From Nitrososphaerota archaeon (GTDB taxonomy: Archaea > Thermoproteota > Nitrososphaeria_A > Caldarchaeales > Calditenuaceae): DNA of 46,422 bases. Below, in pieces: positions 1 to 9,800 of the stretch. Numbering within the stretch: the stretch's first letter is position 1; the number at the start of each line of letters is the position of its first letter. The stretch covers positions 47,433-93,854 of the forward strand of contig JAVQSZ010000008.1 of NCBI GenBank assembly GCA_033581555.1, written 5' to 3'. The position numbers were made by a program, and so were the translations under genes. Under the pieces are notes generated by a model that ran no database searches, was not told the origin of the DNA, and worked only from the letters and a program-made list of their open reading frames with translations.

Positions 1-162
1 CTCGGATTCAGAGCCATGATGGGTGAGCATGTCGTCCTGAGGGACCGTTACGTGCCCAGTTCGGAGGTCGGAGCTTCAACGTCTGAATCGTCGGACCGGA
101 CGCACCTGCTCGAAATCAACGAGACGCTGACAGACGCGGATCGGCCGCCGGCTCACGTTACA

Positions 163-170
163 TTTTATAG
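163..170 (+). promoter_or_regulatory. TATA box upstream of tRNA-Pro
   Basis: TTTTATAG about 25-30 nt upstream of the tRNA start in GC-rich context. Confidence 0.55.
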
Positions 171-194
171 AGCGCGAGGGAGCCGTAGGAGAAG

Positions 195-269
195 GGGGCC
201 GTAGTCTAGCATGGAGTGGACGCCCGGCTCGGGCCCGGGAGGTCGCCGGTTCAAATCCGGCCGGCCCCA
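195..269 (+). tRNA. tRNA-Pro(CGG)
   Basis: Acceptor GGGGCCG/CGGCCCC+A, anticodon arm CCCGG-CTCGGGC-CCGGG, T-loop GGTTCAAATCC; no intron, CCA not encoded. Confidence 0.95.
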
Positions 270-320
270 CGCTGCTGACCGGTTTCCAAGCTTTTTACTC
301 GGGAGGAGGTCGGACGGTCG

Positions 321-1565
321 GTGGGCGCGGAGCACCTGAAGGGGATCAGGGGGACTTGGGGCGACTGGCTCTCCGGGAAGAGGGTGGCCCTCGCGGTGAC
401 GGCGAGCGTCTCGGCCTACAGGGCCCCGGACGTCGCGAGGCTGCTGATGAGGTACGGCGCCGACGTCGTCCCGGTGATGACCGAGGAGGCCGCTTCGATG
501 CTGAGCCCCGAGGTGATGAGGTGGGCGACCGGGAACGACCCGGTCGTCGAGCCCACGGGCCGGATTGAGTACGTCGAGCTGACCGAGGGGAGCGGGAGGG
601 TGGACGCGGTCGTCGTGACACCGGCGACGCAGAACGTGCTCGCGAAGCTTTGCGCGGGGATCTCGGACGACGCGGTGACGTTGCTGCTCTCCTGTGCCCT
701 CGGGAACGGGATACCGATCGTCGCGGCGCCGGCGATGCACGAGTCGATGTTCAGGTCACCGGTCGTGAGGGAGCTGACCGAGAGGTTGAGGTCGCTGGGC
801 GTGACCGTAGTTGGACCGAGGACCGAGGAGGGGAAGGCGAAGCTCGCAGAGCCTGAGGACGTCCTCGACGCGACGATCTACGCGACGTCCCCGAAGCCCT
901 TGAGAGGCGCGAAGTATCTCGTGACCGCCGGCCCGACCAGGGAGCACATAGATTCGGTCAGGTTCATCACCAACGCCTCGAGCGGGAAGATGGGCGTCGA
1001 GGTGGCGAGGGCGCTGCGGAGGCTCGGCGCCGAGGTGACTCTTGTCCACGGCCCGATGCAGGCGAGACCGCCCCTCGACGTCGGGACCGTCAGAGTTACG
1101 TCCGCGAGGGAGATGCTCGAGGCCTGCCTGAAGGAGGCTCGGGGCGCGAGGGGGTTCTTCGCGGCGGCCGCGGTCTCCGACTACGAACCGGTCGAGCGCT
1201 TCGTCGGCAAGGTCGACAGCAGGGCCAGCGGGGTGCTGGAGCTGAGGCTAAGGGCCACACCGAAGGTCGTCGCGGAGGTGAGGAGGGCCCACCCGGAGGT
1301 CGACCTGGTGGTCTTCAGGGCGATCCACGGGACGACCGGCGATCCCGCGGAGCTGGCCTCGCCCTACATAGAGCTGAACCCCGTCATGGTCGCGATCAAC
1401 GACGTCTCGAGGGAGGACGTCGGCTTCGGGAAGGACCTGAATGAGCTGGTCGTGGTCGCGAGGAGCGGCCTCATCGAGAGGATAGGTCCTGCGAGGAAGT
1501 CGGTCGTCGCGAGGACCCTCGTCGGGCTCTACCTGAGGGAGGTGGGGACAAGTGAACCTGGGTGA
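321..1565 (+). CDS. coaBC: Bifunctional phosphopantothenoylcysteine decarboxylase / phosphopantothenate-cysteine ligase
   Basis: N-terminal flavoprotein motifs (AVTASVSAY, PATQN, PAMH) and CoaB motif VTAGPTREHIDSVRFITNASSGKMG, AAVSDY. Confidence 0.93.
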   Translation: MGAEHLKGIRGTWGDWLSGKRVALAVTASVSAYRAPDVARLLMRYGADVVPVMTEEAASMLSPEVMRWATGNDPVVEPTGRIEYVELTEGSGRVDAVVVTPATQNVLAKLCAGISDDAVTLLLSCALGNGIPIVAAPAMHESMFRSPVVRELTERLRSLGVTVVGPRTEEGKAKLAEPEDVLDATIYATSPKPLRGAKYLVTAGPTREHIDSVRFITNASSGKMGVEVARALRRLGAEVTLVHGPMQARPPLDVGTVRVTSAREMLEACLKEARGARGFFAAAAVSDYEPVERFVGKVDSRASGVLELRLRATPKVVAEVRRAHPEVDLVVFRAIHGTTGDPAELASPYIELNPVMVAINDVSREDVGFGKDLNELVVVARSGLIERIGPARKSVVARTLVGLYLREVGTSEPG

Positions 1566-2892
1566 GGCGCTGAGGGCGGCGGTCTCGAGGTTCGTCGGGA
1601 AGCCGCTGGCCGACAGGGAGGCGGTCGAGGAGCTGGTGAGGGGAATACAGAGGGCGCTCCTGATGGCCGACGTGAGGGTCGAGCTGGTCAAGGAGCTCTC
1701 CGACAGGATCAGGGAGAGGTCGGAGAGGGAGAGGCCCCCACCCGGGATATCGAGGAAGGACGTCGTCCTCAAGGTGGTCTACGAGGAGCTCGTGAACTTG
1801 CTGGGCGGGAAGTCCTCGGGGTGGAAGAGGCCGCAGGAGAGGCCGCACGTCGCGATGGTCGTGGGGATACAAGGGAGCGGGAAGACGACGACCGTCGCGA
1901 AGATCGCCAACTACCTGAGGAGCAACGGCGTCAAGGTCGGGGTGGTCGGCGCGGACACCTACAGGCCAGCTGCGCTCGAGCAGCTCAGGCAGCTCCTCTC
2001 CCCGAAGGGCATACCGGTCTACGGCGAGGAGGACGGGAGGGACGCGGTCGGGATCGCGGCGAGGGGAGTGGAGAGGCTGAAGGGGATGGGCTGCGAGTTC
2101 ATCTTGATCGACACTGCCGGGAGGCACAGGGACCAGGAGTCGCTGATGAGGGAGATGGAGGAGATGGCGAGGGCTGTCAGGCCGAACTCGGTCGCTCTGG
2201 TCATCGACGGCACGATAGGCCAGGCCGCGGGCCCACAGGCCGAGGCCTTCCACAGGACCACGCCGATCGGGTGGATAGTCGTGACGAAGCTCGACACGTC
2301 CGCGAGGGGAGGAGGAGCGCTCTCAGCGGTCGCGGCGACCGGCGCGCCGATCAGGTTCATCGGGACCGGCGAGAGGGTCGAGGACATCGAGCCCTTCGAC
2401 CCGGAGTCCTTCGTCGCGAGGCTCCTCGGGATGCCGGACCTCAAGTCGGTCGTCGAGAGGGTGAGGATGGCGGAGCTCTCGGTGAGCGAGGAGGAGGCGA
2501 AGAGGATCCTGAGGGGGACGTTCACCCTCGAGGACATGATCAGGCAGCTGAGGGAGGTCAGGAAGGCCGGGCCGCTGGGCAAGTTCCTCTCCTCGCTCCC
2601 GATACCGGGTCTCCCGAAGGTCCCGGAGGAGGAGCTCGCGAAGCTCGAGGAGCAGGTGAAGAAGTTCGAGGCCATCTACAACTCGATGACCCCGGAGGAG
2701 AGGAGGGACCCGACGATCATCGACTCCTCGAGGGCCAGGAGGATCGCGAGGGGCGCCGGCGTGAGGGAGGGTGACGTGAAGAGGCTCGTGAAGCAGTACC
2801 TCGAGGCGAGGAGGCTGATGAAGGCCGCGAAGAGGACGAGGGTACCGGCCGGGGTCGCGGAGGCGCTCAGGAGGGCCGGCGGTGGGGCTTGA
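1552..2892 (+). CDS. srp54: Signal recognition particle protein SRP54
   Basis: NG GTPase motifs GIQGSGKTT, DTYRPAA, DTAGR, TKLD, GTGE; M domain FTLEDM...SMTPEER...SRARRIARGAG. Confidence 0.97.
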   Translation: MNLGEALRAAVSRFVGKPLADREAVEELVRGIQRALLMADVRVELVKELSDRIRERSERERPPPGISRKDVVLKVVYEELVNLLGGKSSGWKRPQERPHVAMVVGIQGSGKTTTVAKIANYLRSNGVKVGVVGADTYRPAALEQLRQLLSPKGIPVYGEEDGRDAVGIAARGVERLKGMGCEFILIDTAGRHRDQESLMREMEEMARAVRPNSVALVIDGTIGQAAGPQAEAFHRTTPIGWIVVTKLDTSARGGGALSAVAATGAPIRFIGTGERVEDIEPFDPESFVARLLGMPDLKSVVERVRMAELSVSEEEAKRILRGTFTLEDMIRQLREVRKAGPLGKFLSSLPIPGLPKVPEEELAKLEEQVKKFEAIYNSMTPEERRDPTIIDSSRARRIARGAGVREGDVKRLVKQYLEARRLMKAAKRTRVPAGVAEALRRAGGGA

Positions 2893-4211
2893 GGCTCGAG
2901 GTCGCCGAGAGGGTCCTGAGGAGGTTCCCGCTCTGCGACTGGTGCCTCGGGAGGCTCTTCGCCATCGGCTCGCCCGGGAGGGAGAGGTCCGAGGTCGGGA
3001 GGGAGCTGAAGGACGCCCTTCTCGAGGAGGCGGTGAGGCGCGGCGACGCGGGGCTGCTGAAGGCGCTCGCGAGGAGCGGTGACGAGGGAGCGGCCTCAGA
3101 GCTCGAGCGGAGGGGGATGAAGGCGGAGAGGCAGAGGTGCGCGCTCTGCGGCGACAGGGTGAGGGAGGAGGTCCTGGAGGCCCTGGCCAGGAGGGCCGCG
3201 GAGCTGGCGTCGGGGTACGAGTACGAGACGTTCCTCGTCGGGACCTACGTTCCTCCCCACGTCAGGAGGGTCGAGGAGCACCTGATCGCGGAGTTCGGGC
3301 TGGGCGAGGCCGAGTCGCTCCGGAGGGACGTGACCAGGAGGCTGAGGAGGGCCCTCGCGGACCTGACTGGGAAGAGGCCCGTATTGGCGAACCCGGAACT
3401 CTCTGTGCTCGTTGACCCGTTCACCGGGACCGTCGACGTCAGGCCGATGCCGGTCTTCGTGAGGGGCAGGTACCTGAAGAGGTCGAGGACCACGCCCCAG
3501 GCTCCCTGGCTCTGCGACTCCTGTTGGGGAGAGGGGTGCGAGAGGTGCGAGAACACGGGGAGGAGGCGCGGGACCGAGACGTCGGTCGCCGAGTACGTCG
3601 GGCTTCCAGCCCTGGAGATCTGGGGGGCTGTGGACTACAAGTTCCACGCGGCCGGGAGGGAGGACGTCGACGCCACGGTGGAGGGCACTGGTAGGCCCTT
3701 CGTCCTCGAGCTCATCGAGCCCCGCAGGAGGGGCGGAGACCTCCAGCTCTTCGCGGAGAGGGTCAGGGCCTTCTCGGAGGGCAGGGTCGAGGTGCTGGAC
3801 CTCGGGTACGCCTCTAGGGCCGACGTCAGGTTCCTCAAGACCGAGGTCGAGAGGAAGGTGAAGTCTTACAGGGCCAGGGTGACGTTCCGGGAACCGGTCC
3901 CCTTAGAGGCCGTCGAGCGGGCCTGTGAGGTCCTGAGGGACTCGGTGATCAGCCAGAGGACACCGACGAGGGTGCTGAGGCGGAAGGGCGACAGGGTCAG
4001 GAACAAGAGGGTCCACGACGCGAGCGTCGTGATGATCGACGAGCGCACCTACGAGCTAACCTTCGTCGTCGACGGAGGGACCTACGTTAAGGAGCTGATC
4101 CACGGGGACGGAGGGAGGACGACGCCCTCGGTCTACGAGCTGGTTGGCGTCGAACCGGTCTCGATCGAGCTCGCGGTCACCGGCGTCCAGTACCCGTTGA
4201 AAAGAGAGTAG
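2889..4211 (+). CDS. pus10: tRNA pseudouridine(54/55) synthase Pus10
   Basis: N-terminal CxxC zinc motifs (LCDWCLGR, CALC), GRYLKRSR, FHAAGREDVDA, QRTPTRV, GGTYVKELIHGDGGRT. Confidence 0.95.
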   Translation: MRLEVAERVLRRFPLCDWCLGRLFAIGSPGRERSEVGRELKDALLEEAVRRGDAGLLKALARSGDEGAASELERRGMKAERQRCALCGDRVREEVLEALARRAAELASGYEYETFLVGTYVPPHVRRVEEHLIAEFGLGEAESLRRDVTRRLRRALADLTGKRPVLANPELSVLVDPFTGTVDVRPMPVFVRGRYLKRSRTTPQAPWLCDSCWGEGCERCENTGRRRGTETSVAEYVGLPALEIWGAVDYKFHAAGREDVDATVEGTGRPFVLELIEPRRRGGDLQLFAERVRAFSEGRVEVLDLGYASRADVRFLKTEVERKVKSYRARVTFREPVPLEAVERACEVLRDSVISQRTPTRVLRRKGDRVRNKRVHDASVVMIDERTYELTFVVDGGTYVKELIHGDGGRTTPSVYELVGVEPVSIELAVTGVQYPLKRE

Positions 4212-4216
4212 AGATG

Positions 4217-6700
4217 TTACTCAGAGACGTTTATTATTCCACCGATGTATAGTTTTTTGATACTTACGAAATAATAAACTCCCGGTGTATCGAACTTGTA
4301 TTTCCACTTGGACTTCGGCTTCATAGTATTGGAGAGGAAGCTTATGTCACGCGGACCTCTGTAGCACCACAGTACGTGATCGTCGTCGTCCTCGTTGACG
4401 AACGTAACTGAGGATCCACGCTTGATGTTCACGACACAGGGCTTGAGATACTTCTCGTCGAGGATCGGCTGATCTCCTTGTTGCCATCCGGGCGGAGCAG
4501 CATCGTGGAACCTGATAACGACCTTCTTGCCGATTATCCTCCGGACAAGTATCACGAGCGGCACGGGGAGCAACAGGAAAGGCGACGTGAGGCCCGCAAA
4601 GAATAACACCGATGCTAGATCCAACGGCAATCGCACTTGTGTCACCGTATGAGTCACGTTGTGCCTGATCGTCCTCGTGACCGGACCCGCGAACTGATCG
4701 CCCCCGGGAATCTGCAGCGTCGTGAAGACAGTTTGCGTGAGCATAACCCTGTTGACCTCGGTCACGAAGGTCGTAGTCCTAACGAGGTTCGTTTGTGTCA
4801 CGGTTTCGTTAATCATCCGGGTCAGGTAGAGTGTCGATGTCGTGGTTCTAGAGAAGGTCACCGTCATGCTTCTGGTATCGAAGACCGTGGCCGTCTCGGT
4901 AGTAGTCCTAGTAGTCCCTCTGGTCACCCAGACTACCTCCGTATCGGTGACCCTCGTATAGACGGTTGACGTCGTAGTAACCGAGGCGGTTCTGGTGGTC
5001 GTAGTCGTCGAAGTTGCATAGTTCGTGAGGGTCTGTGTGGACGTAGTGGTGCTTGTCTCTGTCAGAGTCGTCGTCGTGGTCGTTGTGAACGTAGAGGTCT
5101 CAGGAACAGTTATGGTTACTGTTGTCGATTTCGTGATAGTCTCTATAAGTCTGGCATGACAGAAGACGCCGTAAAACGAATACGGCCGGCCTCCATTATC
5201 TGCATTGAAGGCTACACTCCAAACCTTGTCAGAAAACTCTTCATCTATGATAGCAGGATTCAGCTCGGTAGGGGTGGTAGAGAAAGCATTACCCTGTATC
5301 ACCGCTACTTTATGAAGTACGTTAGTAAAGACGTATTCCATCAGGTAACTGTTCGTAACTCCGGCGGGAAAAACACAGCCGTCTCGCGCATCAATTCCCA
5401 GTACCATGACGTCCGAGGACCCCTCTTGAGGGCCTTGGATTCTGAGCGAGTAAACTTCTGACCCCGACTCCGGGTCGATCGCAAGTACGAAACCTGTCTT
5501 GGATGCACGTTTTTCGCCCAGTCTGCTATGACCCATGAAACCTCCAACGAAGATTAACCCATCAGAGATGGCCGCATCGATGGGGTAGTCGTAAAGAATC
5601 TGGACATGACCCCACTCTGGCACTGGCTCCGTAATTCTAGTCCCTGTATACGGGAAAGTGTAAACGTACGAGATGAAGTAACCGCGGTGCCACACTGTAA
5701 TACTGTTAAGGTCCCATAATCTCCGTTCATGTTTTGGGACCCTGAGCTTCAGGACCTCGACCAAGTCGTGAGGCTCCCGTGAAAAGATATGTCCGTAAAT
5801 TAGATAAAGATCTACTTCATGCACACGCTCCTCCACCAGTATTTCTGCCCCTGTAAAGAACTTATCTTCACGTAGTGATAATTCGATAACAAATGATGTT
5901 GGACTTAAGTCGTTTTTATTGATCCTCATTATAATCATGTTTTTCGCTTCTGTAATTGCATTACGATCTTCTAAGGGGCCTGCAGCTACGAAAATGTAAT
6001 CTTGGCTCAGCGCGAAAGAAGATGCAATAACAGCTCCCTTTAGGTAATTCATGGCACCGACGAAATTGAGAGAATGATCTAGCTTCAGAACAGCAAATCC
6101 CCCTGGGCTATTTTCCTCGGGGATAAACATACCAATCAGTACATACACGTTATTCTCATCGACAGCAATGTCTATCCCCTCTCCAAACCGTTCAGGGATT
6201 TTAGCAGGGGAACCTCCGAGGTCGTAGGCGTAAAAATCCATGACAGAGCAGTCAGCGGCGTTGAATTTCGTGACAAACAGGGCATAGAGAGGTAGTACTC
6301 TATCCCAGCTTGATGTGTAACGGTACAGCCCCGCCACGAATACTGACTCTCCGTACACGTCAACGGAGTAGCTGGAACCAAAAGGTTCCGTTTCAGGGGG
6401 GAGGACCAGATACCTGCTGCACCTATAGGAATGATCCCTGTTGAGAACCAGCAGATAGGGTCTGAAACCGTCGCTGTACTGCATGCCAACTATGTAGATT
6501 CCTCTGTCATCCACTTTGATGTCATAGGCTACCTCCTGCCCCTGTGGCTCTCTACCCTCATAATAGGAGCCGAACGACCTCAGCAACCCGTAGACATCGG
6601 ACGGGCTCGTGCTGTTCGCCACGAATATCAGAGGAGGGACGGCACCCAGTATCAAAAGGAGGAGAAGGGTTGAGGCGCTAGCCCGTACTGTATCCCACAT
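4217..6700 (-). CDS. Cell-surface protein: signal peptide, beta-propeller-like domain, Thr-rich stalk, TM helix, C-terminal cupredoxin-like domain
   Basis: Hydrophobic N-terminus after ATG 6700 (MWDTVRAS); beta-repeat motifs (AYDIKVDDRGIYIVG, DIAVDENNVYVLIG); long T-rich run; TM then RRIIGKK; C-terminal plastocyanin-like pattern; visibly lower GC than flanks. Confidence 0.7.
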   Translation of the reverse strand: MWDTVRASASTLLLLLILGAVPPLIFVANSTSPSDVYGLLRSFGSYYEGREPQGQEVAYDIKVDDRGIYIVGMQYSDGFRPYLLVLNRDHSYRCSRYLVLPPETEPFGSSYSVDVYGESVFVAGLYRYTSSWDRVLPLYALFVTKFNAADCSVMDFYAYDLGGSPAKIPERFGEGIDIAVDENNVYVLIGMFIPEENSPGGFAVLKLDHSLNFVGAMNYLKGAVIASSFALSQDYIFVAAGPLEDRNAITEAKNMIIMRINKNDLSPTSFVIELSLREDKFFTGAEILVEERVHEVDLYLIYGHIFSREPHDLVEVLKLRVPKHERRLWDLNSITVWHRGYFISYVYTFPYTGTRITEPVPEWGHVQILYDYPIDAAISDGLIFVGGFMGHSRLGEKRASKTGFVLAIDPESGSEVYSLRIQGPQEGSSDVMVLGIDARDGCVFPAGVTNSYLMEYVFTNVLHKVAVIQGNAFSTTPTELNPAIIDEEFSDKVWSVAFNADNGGRPYSFYGVFCHARLIETITKSTTVTITVPETSTFTTTTTTTLTETSTTTSTQTLTNYATSTTTTTRTASVTTTSTVYTRVTDTEVVWVTRGTTRTTTETATVFDTRSMTVTFSRTTTSTLYLTRMINETVTQTNLVRTTTFVTEVNRVMLTQTVFTTLQIPGGDQFAGPVTRTIRHNVTHTVTQVRLPLDLASVLFFAGLTSPFLLLPVPLVILVRRIIGKKVVIRFHDAAPPGWQQGDQPILDEKYLKPCVVNIKRGSSVTFVNEDDDDHVLWCYRGPRDISFLSNTMKPKSKWKYKFDTPGVYYFVSIKKLYIGGIINVSE

Positions 6701-6862
6701 AAGCGGGGCACTGCAGAAGTATTCGATTAAAAAATACCATCGCGGGGAACATAGCTGTTCCCTTGAGAATACCAATATCACCTACACAGTATGACGCAAA
6801 TCACTTAATTGTTGACATCTAGAGTGAGGGCTTGTGAAACAGAGGGACCCGAGGGGCTGGTC

Positions 6863-9800
6863 TCAGACGGCCCTCTTGGCGATCGCCATTATGCTCTGGT
6901 GGAGCTCCCTGAGCAGGTCCATGTAGTTCAGTTTCCCCTCCTCGATCGCGTCCATCTTCGCCTCGAGCTCCCGGGTCAACTCCTCCGAGACCAGGTCGCC
7001 GTAGTTGCTCTCGAGGTACCGGTAGACCTCGTTCCCCAGCTTGGTGGCGATCACCCGGCCGGCGTTCTGGATCACGTACCTCCTCCTGTACAGGGTCTCG
7101 ACGATCTTGGCGTAGGTGCTCGGCCTCCCGATCCCTCTGCTCTTCATGGTAGCGATTAGGTCACCCTCTGTGAAGAGCCTCGCGGCCGGAACCCTCCTCA
7201 GCTCCAGCCCCCTCACCCGATGCGACCCGGGCGAGACGCGCGGCTGGACCCTCACCACCGGGTTGGCCCGGAGGAACCCCTCCTCGACGAGCTCCACCGG
7301 CCTCTCCACCCTCAGCTCGTTCCCTCCCAGCCTAACGACGGCCGTCTGGTACCTGACTGAAGCAGGGGCCATCTGGCTCGAGATGAACCTCCTGAAGATC
7401 AAGCCGTAGAGCTGGATCTCCCTCCTGGTGAGCCTCGCGGCGGTCCTGAGGGCCCCTGACTGGACGTAGTAGCCGAGCTCCCGCTCGTCCATGGGCTTGG
7501 TGGGCCTGATGCACTCGTGGGCCCCCTCTCTCTGGTAGGTCCTCGGCCTGAAGAGGCCTGGATACCTCTCCTCGATGTAGCTCCGGGCGACGCCGAGCCC
7601 CGCGGTCGAGACAATCGTCGAGTCGGTCCTGTGGTAGGTGATGAGCCCGGACTCGAAGAGGGTCTGGGCGGCCTGCATCGCCTCCGCGGAGCCCATCTTC
7701 AGGTAGAACCAGGCGTCCCTGAGCATCGAGTCGGTCGTGTACGGGGGCGGCGGGTGGACCTCCCTCACCTCAGAGGAGACCTCCTCGACCTCCGCGAAGA
7801 GCCTGCCCTCATCGAAGAGGGCCCTGAGCTCCTCGTAGCCCAAGGGCTTCGCGAACTCGAGCCTCGTCCCGTCATCGAGGACCGCGACCATAACCGGGAC
7901 CTTCCTCTTCGCCTCAGCGGTCCTGTTGACGACCCACCCGAGCACTGGCGTCTGGACCCTGCCCGCGGAGAGCGTCCTCCTCCCGAACCGCTCCCACAGC
8001 CTCCTGCTCAGCTCGAACCCGACCCACCTGTCCTCGATCCTCCTGAGCAACTGCGCCTCTACGAGCCCGTCCCTGATGCCCCTTGGCGAGGAGAGAGCGG
8101 CGCTCAGGGCCCTCCTCGTCACCTCGTGGAACTCGAGGCGCTCGACGTCGTCGTTGAACGGCCTGATGTTGCAATAGAGGTCGTAGCCTATTTTCTCGCC
8201 CTCCGAGTCGGGGTCAGTCGCGACGTATACTTTGCTGGCCTCCAACGCGAGCTTCCTGAGGGCCTCGATGACCTCGGCCTTGCTCCCGACGTTAGAGGAG
8301 CCGCAGTTAGGGCAGGTCTTCTGGTCCACGAACTGGGCCCCGCACTCCCTGCACCTCATGATGGGCGTGTAAATCGGGACGAACGTCGTGTCGTACTGGA
8401 GGACTCCGTGGTACCCGCCCTCGGTCGTGAGGTCGAGGACGTGCCCACCCGAGGCTGCGACCGTGAGGACGTACTCGCCGCCGATCGACTCGTAGACGGT
8501 CAGGTCCCCTATCTGCCTCCTCGCGGGCCTCCCGAAGAACGACGCGATCGTCCTGGCCTTCGTCGGCGACTCCACGACGACCAGGGCCGACTTGATCACG
8601 TCGAACCTCTCCGGAGGGAGCTCTCCTCTCCTCGCCATGACAACCCTCCGCCTGTCCTCGTCGACCCTCTCGAAGTCCCTCCGGACCTTCTCCTCCTCGT
8701 AGGGCTCGAGCGCCTCCTCGTAGAGCGTCTCGAGCATCCTCCTGAGCCCGTGAAAGGCCTTCTGGTCGTCGACGACCGTTACCGTGACGCCCCTCGTGAT
8801 CCCCGCGACGTAGAGCCTCGAGCACCTCCCGGATGCCTGCACGAAACCGTCCGCGTCGGGCACGATCAGGCTGAAGCCCCCGTCCGAGACCTTCAGCTGG
8901 ACGTCGGCGCGCTCGGAGAGCCTCGCGACCCACTCGGGCGTCATGACCCTCTTGAGGAGAGACCTTGCCTGGAGGACCAGATCCTGGACGTGCCCCTCGA
9001 AGCCATCGAGCTCAGTTCCGGACTCGATCGCGGACCTGACCCTCTCGACGACCTCCGCGGTGGTCGGAACGACCCTCGAGAGCGAGCCCGTGACCCTGAG
9101 GGCCTCAGCGGCCTCCGGGCCCTCGAGGAGGGGAGCGACGTGCTTGAGGACGGCGAGCAGCATCTGCGGCCTGTACTCGTCCTCCTCGACCCTGATCTCC
9201 CTGCGGGGCACGCCGGCGAAGACTACGTACCTGATCGTCTCGGGGAGGTCGAGGCCCCTCGCAAGGGGGCTGCGGCTGCTGGCCACGCCGACCAGCGCCT
9301 GGTAGGTCCCGTCGACGAACTTGCTCAACAGCCTCGGGCTGGCCCTCTTGTAGGCCTGAGCCGGTATCCCGGAGTCGTTCAGGAGCTGGGCGACCCTCTC
9401 TACCCCCTCAAGCCCCGTCGTTTGCGGCACGAAGACCAGGACGCCTCCGCCGTGCCTCCTGACCAGCTCGACGACCGCCCCATCGACGTCCTCCGAGCCC
9501 TCGAGGTAGTAGTTGCCGATGTTCCTGACCAACTCCAACGTGTAGCCGGGCTCGAAGCCGAAGAGGTGCCTGAAGATCCTGACCCTGAGCGTCCTCCTGG
9601 CCCTGAGGGTCGCCCCCGAGACGATCAGGACCTTGTTCCCCGCGGACCTCCTGAGCCTCGAGATCTCCCTGTCGAGGGCCTCGTACTCCTCGAGTTCCTC
9701 CTCGGTGGCCCTCCTCTTCCTGCTGATCCGGATCATCCTCAGGACCGCGTCGACCGCCGTTGGGTCGTAGCCCATCAGCTCGATCACTTTGTCGATGTTC

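Noticed and set aside
1-160. Short ORFs at the window start
   Set aside because: No recognisable product or codon signal; cannot be called
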